From Lepidodermella squamata (lineage: Eukaryota > Animalia > Gastrotricha), in assembly GCA_047495785.1 (NCBI GenBank), contig JBLDXI010000007.1, positions 3,162,001-3,226,000 of the forward strand: DNA of 64,000 nt. The letters are read 5' to 3'. Made by a program: the position numbers and the translations under genes. Below, one piece after another: positions 49,751 through 61,775 of this stretch (the first letter of the stretch is position 1; every line of letters starts with the position of its first letter). The notes beneath the pieces are model-generated. The model worked only from the letters and a program-made list of their open reading frames with translations. It had not been told where the DNA came from and ran no database searches.

Positions 49751-52700
49751 GTTTTCCATTATCAATTGAGCGAACAAAATCACCAAATGAAAACCTCTCA
49801 CAAGTTTTCGGGCGAGCCTCCAAGCTATCCTCATGATTTATGCACATGTCTACGAACATTGAGAGATTACTCGGCGAGTAATCACTTAGTCATTATTATT
49901 AGAATTCACTTAGCATTGAAAGAATAAAAGCTGAACATGCACTAGCCGGCCAGAATACTTGTATAAAATGCCGCTCGGTCTCTGCTCGGTCCTGGCGAAC
50001 ACGTCATCGATGTTTTTGAACTAAAATGCGCAGAACGCAGAACCTGACGCGCCGTGTGAGTGTTTTCCTCTCACCTCATCTGTATGAGCTAATCCTGTGC
50101 CCTAGAAAAATGGACCTCTTCATGGGTGTATTGATTATCCCCTCCTCGCCCACGCTGAATACGATGCTGCATGCCAAACTGCCGTACATAGAACATTCAG
50201 AAGTGATGAACCGAGTCTTAATATGAACTGGGTATGCCTACTTCGAGCCAAAATTTCAAATTTCTCGAGATATTATACTCAAAAGCCCTCCGAGAGGCCT
50301 GGACCATAAGATAGGGCACATCCCAAACTTTTATTTCTGAATATCGCAGCCAACCCCTGACACTTTATCAAGATATAAGAGCGTGAAGTTTCGCTATATA
50401 GAAAAATATAAATTCGAAAAATTGGTATTACGCGATCACAGATAGGTATAGTTTGCTTAGGTGCATTGGCCTGATCTCTGGTAAATAAGTCGGAATGTGG
50501 TAACTGTTTGCATCCTTTCAAATTGGTGTATGATTACTTCCCCAATCATTGGAACCATTCGATAATTTTGAACGGTTTCACGGTAAAAAAGGTTGCCTTT
50601 TGTTCTCCTAAACTTGTTCAAAATTCACGATTTCGCGGTGCCTCGCATGCGCCGGTTTCTGATTTGCTGGAGCTTTCCTTGTTCAGCCTTCTCCCAGTTC
50701 ACTTGAAGTTGCGATATGTTATCCTGAATTTCCAATTTATTTCATGTCGTTAGAGATGGAGAAATTCTACTGGTTTGTAGGATCTTAGAGCCTCATAGTT
50801 GGTATTACTAATCCTGCCGAATGGCTTGACTGAGTTGCGGTGGCCTGGCGATTCTCTAGCCAGAATTTGCCGCCGACATGTGTTTGATTTCAAAGACCTT
50901 GTAGCTCAGGATGACTGTTGAACGTGAAGATTCACAAAATCTCCCCATCTATGTTTACCGCTGCTGAGTATAATGAGATTTTATTTTCAGTTGATCAAAT
51001 GTTTCCTGATTTTCAAGCAGATTTCGAGATTTCCACTAACCAATAATAACATTATTTCCACCCGTGTTCTGGCAATTTAAAACGTCGTTGGTTGGCACTC
51101 TCATTCTCTTAGCTAAATGCCTTTAATTATGAAATGTTGACATTCTCAAAATGGATGACACGTTCGTTGTTGGTTCTTTAAATCGAAACATTTAAAATTG
51201 TTAACTGTCCGAAATAAGGTGCCAGTGTTTCATCGTCGGATTTCTTCAGGGGAATTACCAAACAAATCGGCTTTTTATTAACAAATGGTAGATTATTGAA
51301 GAGATATTAGGGGAGCACGATCGATAACCACACAGCTTGTACTTATTATAGTTATAGTTATCACACTGAATATAAACATCTGGGGCATGGTAGGGTTGAA
51401 CCTAACAACTAGACGAGTTTATTACACCAGTGGGACGATAATTTTAGCACTATCCTGGCTACATCTCATTCCACATTCATCGTTTCCAAGCCATCTCCCT
51501 AAGGAAGAGCTGTGTTGCCCAGCAAATCACGCTAACGCAATAAATGATCAAGTTGTTCAAATAAGCGCAAGCCGGCAATTAGCGCCCAATTTTCAAACCT
51601 CTGGCCGTGACCCAATACTGTTCGAACGACGAATTATTACGGAATTATTACGGAATTATTCATGCTTGCTTATTGGTAACATTTGCCGATCGGGATTTCG
51701 AATATGCCGCAGGCTTCAACTAGGCCAACGCTCTCAAACTTGGAACTTGTAGAATGTAAGTCCATCCACCGCCGACAATTTATTTTTCTTCATTGGTAAG
51801 CACTGCTGAAATGCATTATGCTTTCCACGTTTTTCAGGTCAGTATAGTAAATTCATAATACTGCCGCAAAGTCATACTTTCACAGACGAAATAATGATGG
51901 AAAAGCAGGGAATTATTTTGCTGAACGCAGACTATGCTGCTTATTCGATAATGAAGGCATACTTCGCATGCTTCTATGAATTGGGTGGTCAAAACGGGAG
52001 CACATATGCCTATTGGTCCCAAGTGAAAAATCTACGCTATGCGCTATGCGATATGCCATCGCGTTGCATGTCGCGTCTCGTTAACAGCGCCTAGCGCGTC
52101 ACCGGACCAGGCTGCATGACTGAACAGCGCGGAAACTTGGCCGCTATTGATAATTTCGTTTTCGCCATTCATTATTATCGTCTGCATAATCACATTACGG
52201 GACTTAATCCTGTGTGTAATATCCTTAGTATTTTATGTGAATGGAAAATCTACTACGAAATATCAAGGAAAAATACTAATGGATGATTGCAAGATTTCCA
52301 ATGTTACCTTTCCGCGTTCATCTTAATTGTTGTTTTTCTCTCTCGAACGACAATCAATATCACTATCGACTAAGATAAATAACGACGCAGCTCTATAAAA
52401 TCTATCGATTTCTCGGTTCAGATTCGGATGAGATTAGTCTTATAACGCGTCATTGGTTGAAAATAACTGAATCAATTTAGTGGATTTTTTAGTATCTTTT
52501 CAATTTGATCACGTGAAAAGCCTTATTTGTTAGCCTACGTTTCCTGACCCATATATATCGAGGTTTACCTTTAATGAACCTGAAGGAAGGACGAAAATAT
52601 CGAGAAACAACTTCTCCATTAGCTATAACACAACGCTATCCAACTTCCCCGCAATTACGTCCTTGTGATAGTTTTTCATCCGTGCTGATTTTGTCCTGAC

Positions 52701-53235
52701 CATTAGATCAACTTCAAACCGGTACCATCAAGTCATACAGCTCCTTTTACGGTCGATGTCTGCGTTTTATGAATATAAACAAACGGCGACTCATCTCGAT
52801 GGTTCCATCCATCGATTTGACACTTCGATTCGAGACCAGCACTACATACTTCAGGCGTTCATTTGCGCGATTAAATTATTAATGAATTCGCCGTAGCCCC
52901 ATGCCTGATGTCGTGCACTATATCTTGCATTTGACCGAAGGCTACAGTATCAGTCGCGGAATCTTTGATTGAGTAAGATTTTCACACTAGAAGAATGAAT
53001 TATTAATGTCTATGAGCCGTATTGGAAATGCGAAGCCGTGATTGAGTGCTTATTAACTATCTAGAAATACTCATGGCATACTTTAAACGTTTAAATTACA
53101 AATAGGCCAAAATGTTGCTTTTATCTTGTAATACAGAACAAATCACTTATAACCTCCGCGCATTGAGTAGGTTATAAAAGGCCGTCGTAAAATCTTGCTA
53201 ATTCTTATAGGCGAATGAATCATTTTCAAAAAATA

Positions 53236-55098
53236 ATGAGAACACTTCTATTGACAATTTGCTGCTTCATTTTTCTTGATGTTCTGCCTTCCGTTCACTC
53301 AGCCGGCGGAGATAACATAGCTGCTCTTCTCGGTCGCAAAGCCTGCGACCAAACATCAGGCAAGTTATAAGTTAACATCCTTCAGTCTAAAATAGATCCG
53401 TTTATTACAGCATCAGAGCGAGATCTCCGGGAGTATTTGTGGCAAAATTACTCGGTCGAGGATAGGCCGAGAAAAATCCCTTCAGCTGTGGTTAACGTTT
53501 CATTCGGCCTCGTAATTGAATCTATAAAAGAAGTGGCACTGAAGGAGCGAGAAATCGCAATTCAAGGCTATCTCTATGTGGTTCGTTTCCAATAGCTAAA
53601 ATACACAACTGTGTAGAAACATTTGTCTTGAAGAACTGGTACGATGATTACTTGGCTTGGAAAGGACTTTCCCAATTCGACTGCATTTCTCTCCTTATAA
53701 TTCCTGGTTAGAGGCATAACTTGGACAATAGAGAGCTAATTATATCATTTTATTCAGCGGACAAAGTCTGGCTGCCGGATATAGCTTTGATGAAAGCGCC
53801 ACACAAGTATACGTTGTTCAAGACAGAGGGCGAAAAGGTTCGAATTTATAACGATGGCTACGTCCATTTCAGGCCAGGTGGACTCTTCTCAGCTGGCTGT
53901 GAATGGGATTTGAAGTAAGCCAATAATTAACTGTAAGTGAAGCTTAAATAACTAACCTTTAATTCCACCAAGGTATTTTCCATACGACGAACAGGTTGGT
54001 CAAATTTGAATGGGCCCACTGTAAATTATCGATTTTACATACAGACGTGTACATTATCATTTCAAAGCTGGCTTTATCTCAATACTTACATGGCCATCAA
54101 ACTGGAGGCAGTTCCAGTCTCTCTGGCTAATTGGGAGGAAAATGACGAATGGGAGCTGATCGAAAAATCAGCCTATACGAAAGTTGTCCACTATTCAAAC
54201 CCGGCTCACCCTTATGATGCTGTAAAATTCACGTTAAAACTGCGTCGAAGAGTCGGATTCTTCATTATGAACGTCATTATTCCAGCTACGATCATATCCT
54301 TGGTCGAGGCTTCGACTTGGATGTTGCCGTCTGATGAAGCTGTGAAGCTGCACATCTCCTTTACGTGTTTACTTGCCTTTGGAGTTTTCCAACTGATGAC
54401 AGTTCCCGAGCTGCCCATGTCATCTCTTCACACCCCTCTCCTCGCCATTTATATTTGCTTAGAGATGGGTAGGTAGTAATAATTCCCTCATTCAGCAATT
54501 TGAATCCTTTTCTTCTAGCCTATATTGGTCTTGCGATTTTTGGGCAAGGTTTCGTCTTCTTAATGCTTCACCACTCGAATCGGAAAACATCTATCCCGAT
54601 AACTATGGTTAAAATTTGCGCGTTTCTAGCTCCGGCATTCTTCGTTTCACAGCCGCAATTGATTGGAAAGGAGGAAAACGATGAAGACGAGAGACATCCG
54701 CGCGACACAGTGGTAAGAATCCTCCTTAACATTGAACGCTAGAGCAAGTGTTTTCGCTTCATCAGGTTGTAGAGGGAAATCACTACCGGAAGTTGACTGA
54801 TGTTCCTTTGCGACACCAAATCGCACATAGCGACAGTGAAAGCGAAGCGTCTAGGTACACATTCGGCAATCTGTATGACAGCACAGCCGGGTTTCCGGAG
54901 TTGGCCAAGCTGCGCGATGATACAATGAAAAACGAACGATTAATTGCAAGGAACAACGAAGTTTTGTGGCATTTTGTCATTTCGGTGATTGATCGATTGT
55001 TCCTATGTTTGTACATGACGCTTGTTATATGTACGCCCTTGATTTTGTTTCTCATTATTCCCGGAGTCGGGCTGGGAATGGTTCGTACTCTGCTGTGA
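53236..55098 (+). CDS. Nicotinic-acetylcholine-receptor-like Cys-loop subunit (no vicinal Cys), paralogue 1
   Basis: Signal MRTLLLTICCFIFLDVLPSVHS; NYSVEDRP, WYDDYLAW, VWLPDIAL, Cys-loop CEWDLKYFPYDEQTC, QSWLY, LRRRVGFFIMNVIIP, VIDRLFL; many ~50-60 nt introns. Confidence 0.9.
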
Positions 55099-55399
55099 AC
55101 TTTGTATACTTATACGAAGTAAAAATAGGATGTTTCTCAGCTGTGCTATGAACATTCTGGCGGAATGTATGGATTTTTTATAATAATAAATTGCCAACGA
55201 TGGAATTATCTACTATCGATTAATCACGTAGAAGGGGTTCTTGGGGTAAATTGCGATTCGAAGATTACCTTCGACAATTGCAGTCGAGAAAATTATTGTA
55301 CTCGAATATTCGCCCACATTCGCCCACCAAGTCTCAAAAAGCTCACATTTTTGGTATTTTTTCATCCACTCAGACTTCCAAAATTGAAAATTCGATAAA

Positions 55400-57261
55400 A
55401 TGGCATCTTACTTCTTACTTCATATCGGCTCTCTTACTCGTTACAATGGCTATCCGTGAAGGAAAGTGCTCAAGCAGCGATAACATAGCAGCCTTATTCG
55501 GCCGCGAATCTTGCGGAAAAGGTGGAGGTAAGTTGCCACACTTTTCACTCACATTTTCGCTTCATCGATTGCAAGTAACATCAGAAAGAGACTTGCGGCA
55601 TTACCTATGGCAAAACTACTCCGTTTTGGATAGGCCGAGAAGAGAGCCGACTTCAGCTGTGAACATTACAATTGGTCTCGTAATTGAATCGATCAAAGAA
55701 GTCGTAAGTAAATAAATATAAGAGATCCGGTTCGATCCGATAAAGCCTTTTAATTTTCAGGATCTGAAGAAACGCGATATTTCTCTTCAAGGATATCTTT
55801 ACATAGTGAGTTTCCTTAATCGCCGGCTGATCTTCTAAATCAGTTCGTTTTAGAACTGGTATGATGACTATCTCTCCTGGAAGGGATGGCCTCAATTCGG
55901 TTGCATTTCACTGCTGGTAATGCCAGGTCTGTCAGCCCCGCGAGACAAAACTATTGCATGATAGCCCACCAATTTCCCCCACAGCCGACCAAGTTTGGAT
56001 ACCAGACATCGCGCTGATGAAAGCTCGAGAAAAATACGCATTATTCACCACTCATGGAGAGAAAGTTCGTATTTACGACAATGGCTACGTTCACTTCAGA
56101 CCAGGAGGCGTTTTTTCAGCTGGATGCGATTGGGACCTCAAGTGAGTCAACTTATGCTAGTTTCATTCACCAATAGAATATATTGTTATTCAGGTACTTT
56201 CCATATGATGAACAGGTTTGATACAAATTAACCTTAAAGAATGTCATAATACGATTTCTCAAGCTCAGACTTGCACGCTGACATTCCAAAGCTGGCTGTA
56301 TCTCAATACCTTCATGAGTATCAATTTAGATCCGGTTCCGATAGCTTTAGCAAACTGGGAGGAAAATGACGAATGGGAGCTCATTGGAATGTCAGCCGAG
56401 AGCAAAGTTGTTCATTACGCGAATCCAACCCACCCCTACGATGCTGTAAAATTCACGCTAAAATTGCGTCGAAGAGTCGGATTTTTCATCATGAACATAA
56501 TTATCCCTGCCACTATCATTTCACTGGTGGAAGCTTCGACGTGGATGCTACCGGCCGATGAAGCTGTGAAGTTGCACATATCTTTCACTTGCTTACTAGC
56601 TTTCGGAGTTTTCCAACTCATGACTGTGCCTGAGCTGCCAATGTCATCTCTTCACACCCCTCTTCTCTCCATTTACATTTGCTTGGAGATGGGTAGGTAG
56701 TAATAATTTCATCATTCAGCAATTATCTCTCCCTCCTACAGCTTACATTGGTCTCGCAATATTCGGACAAGGCTTCGTGTTTTTAATGCTCCACCATGCA
56801 AATCGCAACACTGCTTTTCCTCCGAAATTGTTTCAGATTTGTTGGAAAGTTGCGCCTCTCCTGCGAGTATCCCGACGAGAAATCAAAGTCGAAATTGAGC
56901 CGAAACAGGTGAAGGTTGAATTTGAAAATATCAACAGATACCGTTACTTTATCTCTTTCAGGCTAGTAACGACAGTAATGTTAAACCAGAGAGCGAAAAA
57001 AGTGTCCAGGCCTTGCAACTGTCTATCGCGAAACTTCGGGAAACTTACCTCGCATTCCCTGAGTTGGTGAAATTGGAAAAAGCAGCAAAATGCAATGGCA
57101 ACATATTCGAAACACATGACTCTGAAAATTGGAAGTTCATCATCGAGGTCATAGATAGATCAATGCTGATTTTATACATGTTTCTCGTAATTTCAACCCC
57201 ACTAATATTATTCCTCATTATACCCGGAATCGGTCTGGGGGTTGTTCGCACCCTGGTGTGA
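55400..57261 (+). CDS. nAChR-like subunit, paralogue 2 (signal-peptide frameshift; possible pseudogene or null allele)
   Basis: Colinear with paralogue 1; ATG 55400 is out of frame because of a TCTTACT duplication at 55406-55419. Confidence 0.8.
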
Positions 57262-57380
57262 GGAGTTAATAAAAATCTCAGTTATGCTGGGCTCTGGCTA
57301 CAACCAACTATTTTTTTTTATTAGATAAATAACTCGCGTCAACAAATTACGCTAAATCAAAACGTAACGATAAAATGCCA

Positions 57381-58365
57381 TCAGCTTGATAAAGTTTCGC
57401 TTCCATCCGCCCATTCCGCATAAAAAGTTTCCTAATAATAAAGAAGGATCGATTCTAAGGCATGGATTAAAACATATTCGATGTAGCGCCAATAATATAT
57501 CAACAATTCCTGATGCTGCTTTGTTGATGACGTCTTGTTCCGTGAGATAATCGTCTCGCCAATCATCCAAAATTTTTGAAAATTCACAAACTATCAAGGC
57601 ATCATGTTATGAAACATTGATATGGCCACGGCAATAACTTACAGCATGGAATGTGTAATAGCTGGTCAGGAAGATTCCCCAGCCCGGGAATCTCGGATTG
57701 TTCATAGCTTTGCCGCGGATCAAACGACCCATGTCGTCGACAATTGTTGAGTAAAATCGCAGGACCTCTTCAGCAGAGTTGCCTTCGGGAGATTTCCTGC
57801 TCTCCCGTTGAGCTTTGACGGCATTTCGAACTGCAGCGATCGAAGAAAGATTCTCGCGTTGCTTCGAGGAGAGGATTGAAAAGTCGGTCGGCCAGCGATC
57901 TATATATAGGAGTTTCTACAGCAGAAAAAATGCCTTTGAATTATTGGGATAAACAGGAGGAAGACCTACCCCGTCCACTCTTTGAATAGCGAATTTGGTC
58001 TTTTCGTAGTAAACTTCGTAAGGGCCACTGCTGTAGTAGTATGCCGGTATCATCTCATCCGAAAGCAGAGACATCATCGCCCATATATTCTCGGCTTCGT
58101 GATCGAATTCCTGAATGTAAAAGTATTCGATTCATGGGAGGAGCACTTAACAAAAAGCTGGAAACCGACCCGAACAAACTTAGGCATAATTCTTCTTAGC
58201 GCAAATTCATTCATATCGCCAACAAACTGATATACAATGGCGGCGATCGCGAATAAGGAAAAGACGATGCTCTAAATAACGGATAATTCAAGGCGAAAAT
58301 TCGTCTTCGTGTAAAACTTACTGGAGCAATATTTATCCGCAAGTCGGCATCCGCATGATTATATC
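57381..58365 (-). CDS. Internally deleted paralogue of the NIT-like receptor cyclase (TM1, partial NIT, last exon); start codon uncertain
   Basis: Exons match the gene at 58976-61181 up to YWRYIEY, then jump to a homologue of its last exon ETFYAEWAD. Confidence 0.7.
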
Positions 58366-58975
58366 TGATTTGCGTTTTGTTCAACAACAACAACCTACTT
58401 ATTTGAAGAGTGCCGGTCTTGCGACAGCATCTTAATGCGCGCGATCAATGAGGTCTACGGCTCAATGAAGTGACGCATTTGTATGCCGTGGCCAATTCAA
58501 AAAATTAGTGAAGCTCACAGACATATGAGAAATAATCTCTTCGACTTTCTTTAACGGTTGTTCAAAACAATACAGCGCAGCATCATTTTCAGTTGACTTT
58601 CTTTCGAAGAATAAGTCGGCTTATCCCGGCGAATCGATTTTCTTTCGCTATTATTGTTGCCATATCATCCATACGTTTTAGTATTTATATAACGATACAG
58701 TTCATTGTCATTCCAAAAAGCCCAGCAATTCTCGAGGGGTATCGTGACACTAACTGGACACTAACTTCAATATGAGAGATGCTCATTGATTCGGCGGCGA
58801 TTGGATGCACCATAAAAATCGTGAGCTAAATTCTTCCTTCAAACTCTTTTTTATCTCAAACGTTGAGACTAGAGACTACCCGTTCTCCATGTCATAAAAC
58901 ATCAAGTTAAAAAATAAGTTTGTCCAGCAAACATTGAACACTAAGTATACTGCTATCTTGCATGAATTTAAAGCG

Positions 58976-61181
58976 CTAAATGCTAGCAGCCGAACTGCCA
59001 TCATCCTTTGCATTCATGGTGTCATCCGCCCATTCCGCATAGAACGTTTCCTAAAGAAAGTTTGATAAAATGGGAAAAAGATTAACATTCATTACCTCTG
59101 AAATCTGAAACACAGCTGATCGCTCAAGAAAATCGAACTGTTCCGAGTCGTTAGCTTTCAAGGCTACTGCTTTCGACACGTGAACTCGATGCGGCGAGCA
59201 ATTCGCGCACAACCGCGAAGCCAAACGTGGGAGATTGCTAATAACCATAATTTGAGGGACTTTCAGCATGACAATAGAGGCGTAACAAGATCCGGTCTCA
59301 ATTCCGAAGCAAAAATGTGGGACAAAGTTTATATCAGCCGGACGGCTGTTAGCGAGCTCTTTCAATAAATCACGAAGTTGAAGAGCGAAATCGAGGAGCC
59401 ACGCCTGGTTGCTCGACATAGGTACTTGATCTCCTAAGCCAGTCGCAAGCGTCAAGCCGCTTCCTAGGAGAAATTCTAGCATGGAACATAGATTAATGGC
59501 TGGGGAACTCACCGAATACGGCAATTTTCGCCATAGGATAGCTGACTAACAGCAATTCTATGCATTCGTTAAATAGCTCCAACATTAGAACGAATACGTC
59601 CTGATCTAACAGCTGGTAAAGGAAGCTAACGTTGACCAAGTCGATGGCTAGAATAGTGACGTTTCTGTATATTCTGGGTGCAACATAGCTGCCCCCGAGC
59701 TTCAGGGCTTCTCTGCTCGGCATCGGTAGGTAATCATAGTACGCCGTTAAAGCCTGAGTAAAAAGAAAATGAGTATCATTGAGTTCACCTGAATGCGCCT
59801 CACATGCTCGATCACTACTAAAGATTCGGTTAATTCGTTGTAAGCCAGCAAAATTGTTCTGTTGAAGTAGGCGTTCATAAATACAAATACGAAAACCATA
59901 GCCAGCATGATGACAGCTGAAAAATCGAAGTGATTAGAATTTTAAGTTTCACGGTTGCGAACATTTGGGAAGCTAACATATAACTTCGGCTGCATTCCAC
60001 GTTGTAACCATCTTCGCATTTATCCGCTTGTTTATTGCGCGAAAGTCGTAGAATATCCACATTATGTTATCACCGTGATGATGCATCGAGCGCTCCCAGC
60101 TTTCTAGATCAATCAAATGGATACTCATATTCGTTACCTAAAAGACAGCCATCATTAGAGCAATGAACATTTATTCGAGTTGGCAAGCTACCTGATCGTA
60201 AATACTCTCCACAGCCTTCGAATAATCATGATCTGTCAAATTTTTCATCGCTTTCCGCCCGGCTGGAGTGATAACGGACACCATATTCACATATTCGATA
60301 TAGCGCCAGTAGTAAGTTAATAGTTCGTTCAACTCTGAGCCGTATGCCGATTCGTTTCGCATTATGACTTTTTCGCCGATCATCCAGAATTTTTGGAAAT
60401 TAACAAACTTTTAATGCAAAGCTATTTATCTGCTCTGGGGTACATAGGAATGTGGCTTACGGCATGGTAGGTGTAATAGCTCGTCAGAAATAGGCCCCAG
60501 CCTGGAAATCTCGGATTGTTCATAGCTTTGCCGCGAATCAAACGGCCCATGTCATCGACAATTGTTGAGTAGAAGCGCAAAACCTCGTCCGCGGAATTCC
60601 CTCCTGGAGCCTTTCTACTATCCCGTTGAGCTTTGACTGCGTTTCGAACGGCAGCTATCGATGACAGGTTTTCACGCTGTCTAGATGAGAGGATCGAAAA
60701 ATCACTCGGCCAGCGGTCTATATGCAGTAGAGTCTTTGAAGATTAATCATCAGTTTTCAGAATTATATGAAAGTGAAAGCCAAAATCAAGTACCCCATCA
60801 ACTTTTTGCATGACGAATTGCGTCTTGTCGTAGTAAACATCGTAAGGCCCACCGTTGTAGTAGTACGCTGGCACCATTTCGTCCGATAGTAAAGACATCA
60901 CCGCCCAGATATTTTCAGCCTCATGGTCGAACTCCTGTCATCATGATATGCATTGATAAAGCTTGATGTACAAATTTTATACCAACCCGGACAAAATCTG
61001 GCAACCGGCTTCGTTTCGACAGTTCCTCCATATCGCCAACAAATTGATAAACAATAGCCACAACTACGATCGCGGAAAGGGCTATGCACTGTAATTAAAC
61101 TCCGTCGGTTAGGAAAAGGCAATTCAAAATACAAAAGGATCCGCATACCAAGGCGATATTTATCCGCAAGTTGATATCCAT
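58976..61181 (-). CDS. Receptor guanylyl-cyclase-like protein: TM, NIT-like domain, TM, degenerate class III cyclase domain
   Basis: TM1 INIALCIALSAIVVVAIVYQF; helical domain with NIT-like pattern (KVDGTLLHIDRW, EVLRFYSTIV, WGLFLTSY); TM2 VISVIMLAMVFVFVFM; cyclase blocks YLP..LKLGGSYVAP..VTILAIDLV, GIETGS, LKVP, ASRL, VHVS. Confidence 0.82.
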
Positions 61182-61775
61182 CTCTCAGGTATGAGAATGC
61201 AGAATGAAACATTCGACGAAAACAGCCGCCTTATCTACAGAGCTTAGCCCAAGTCATGATCCGATTTATACTTGAATGCGGTCATTAATGTCGGCTTATA
61301 GCTCTAATTAGATGATTAAATAACGGACGATTCTCTTACAAAGTTCATTTTTGTTTCTACAGCGCATCCTAATCCTAATCTCCCTGAATGCTCCGCCCTA
61401 TTCCTAATAACCCCTAATAATCCGTGATAAACAGAAAAACCTGCGTCATTCGTCGAAAGCTCGTCAAACTGATCTTTCTTGTGATTCAGGCGATGTCTGA
61501 TCCTGATTACTGATATCTGTTTGTTGCCACTTCAGATCTAGATTAGGTATGACGGCACTCAGCCCTGAAAGTCGGCTCCGCAGTGTAATTTTAGAAGGGT
61601 TAACAGCAAGCCCTTGGCTAGTTCACGAGAATTCACTCCATTCAAGCCATGTCTACCTGAGATTCAAGAGGCAAGAAAGGAGAATATCTTCATAGCTCAT
61701 TCAATTTGGCTCAGTTTTTTAACAAATCCAATTTAACTGGATTTTACTTATATGATCAGAGGTTCATCAAAATTA

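Noticed and set aside
57640-57920. Globin-like call for the helical exon
   Set aside because: No heme-ligating His pattern; position between two TMs upstream of a cyclase in the paralogue fits a NIT-like domain better.
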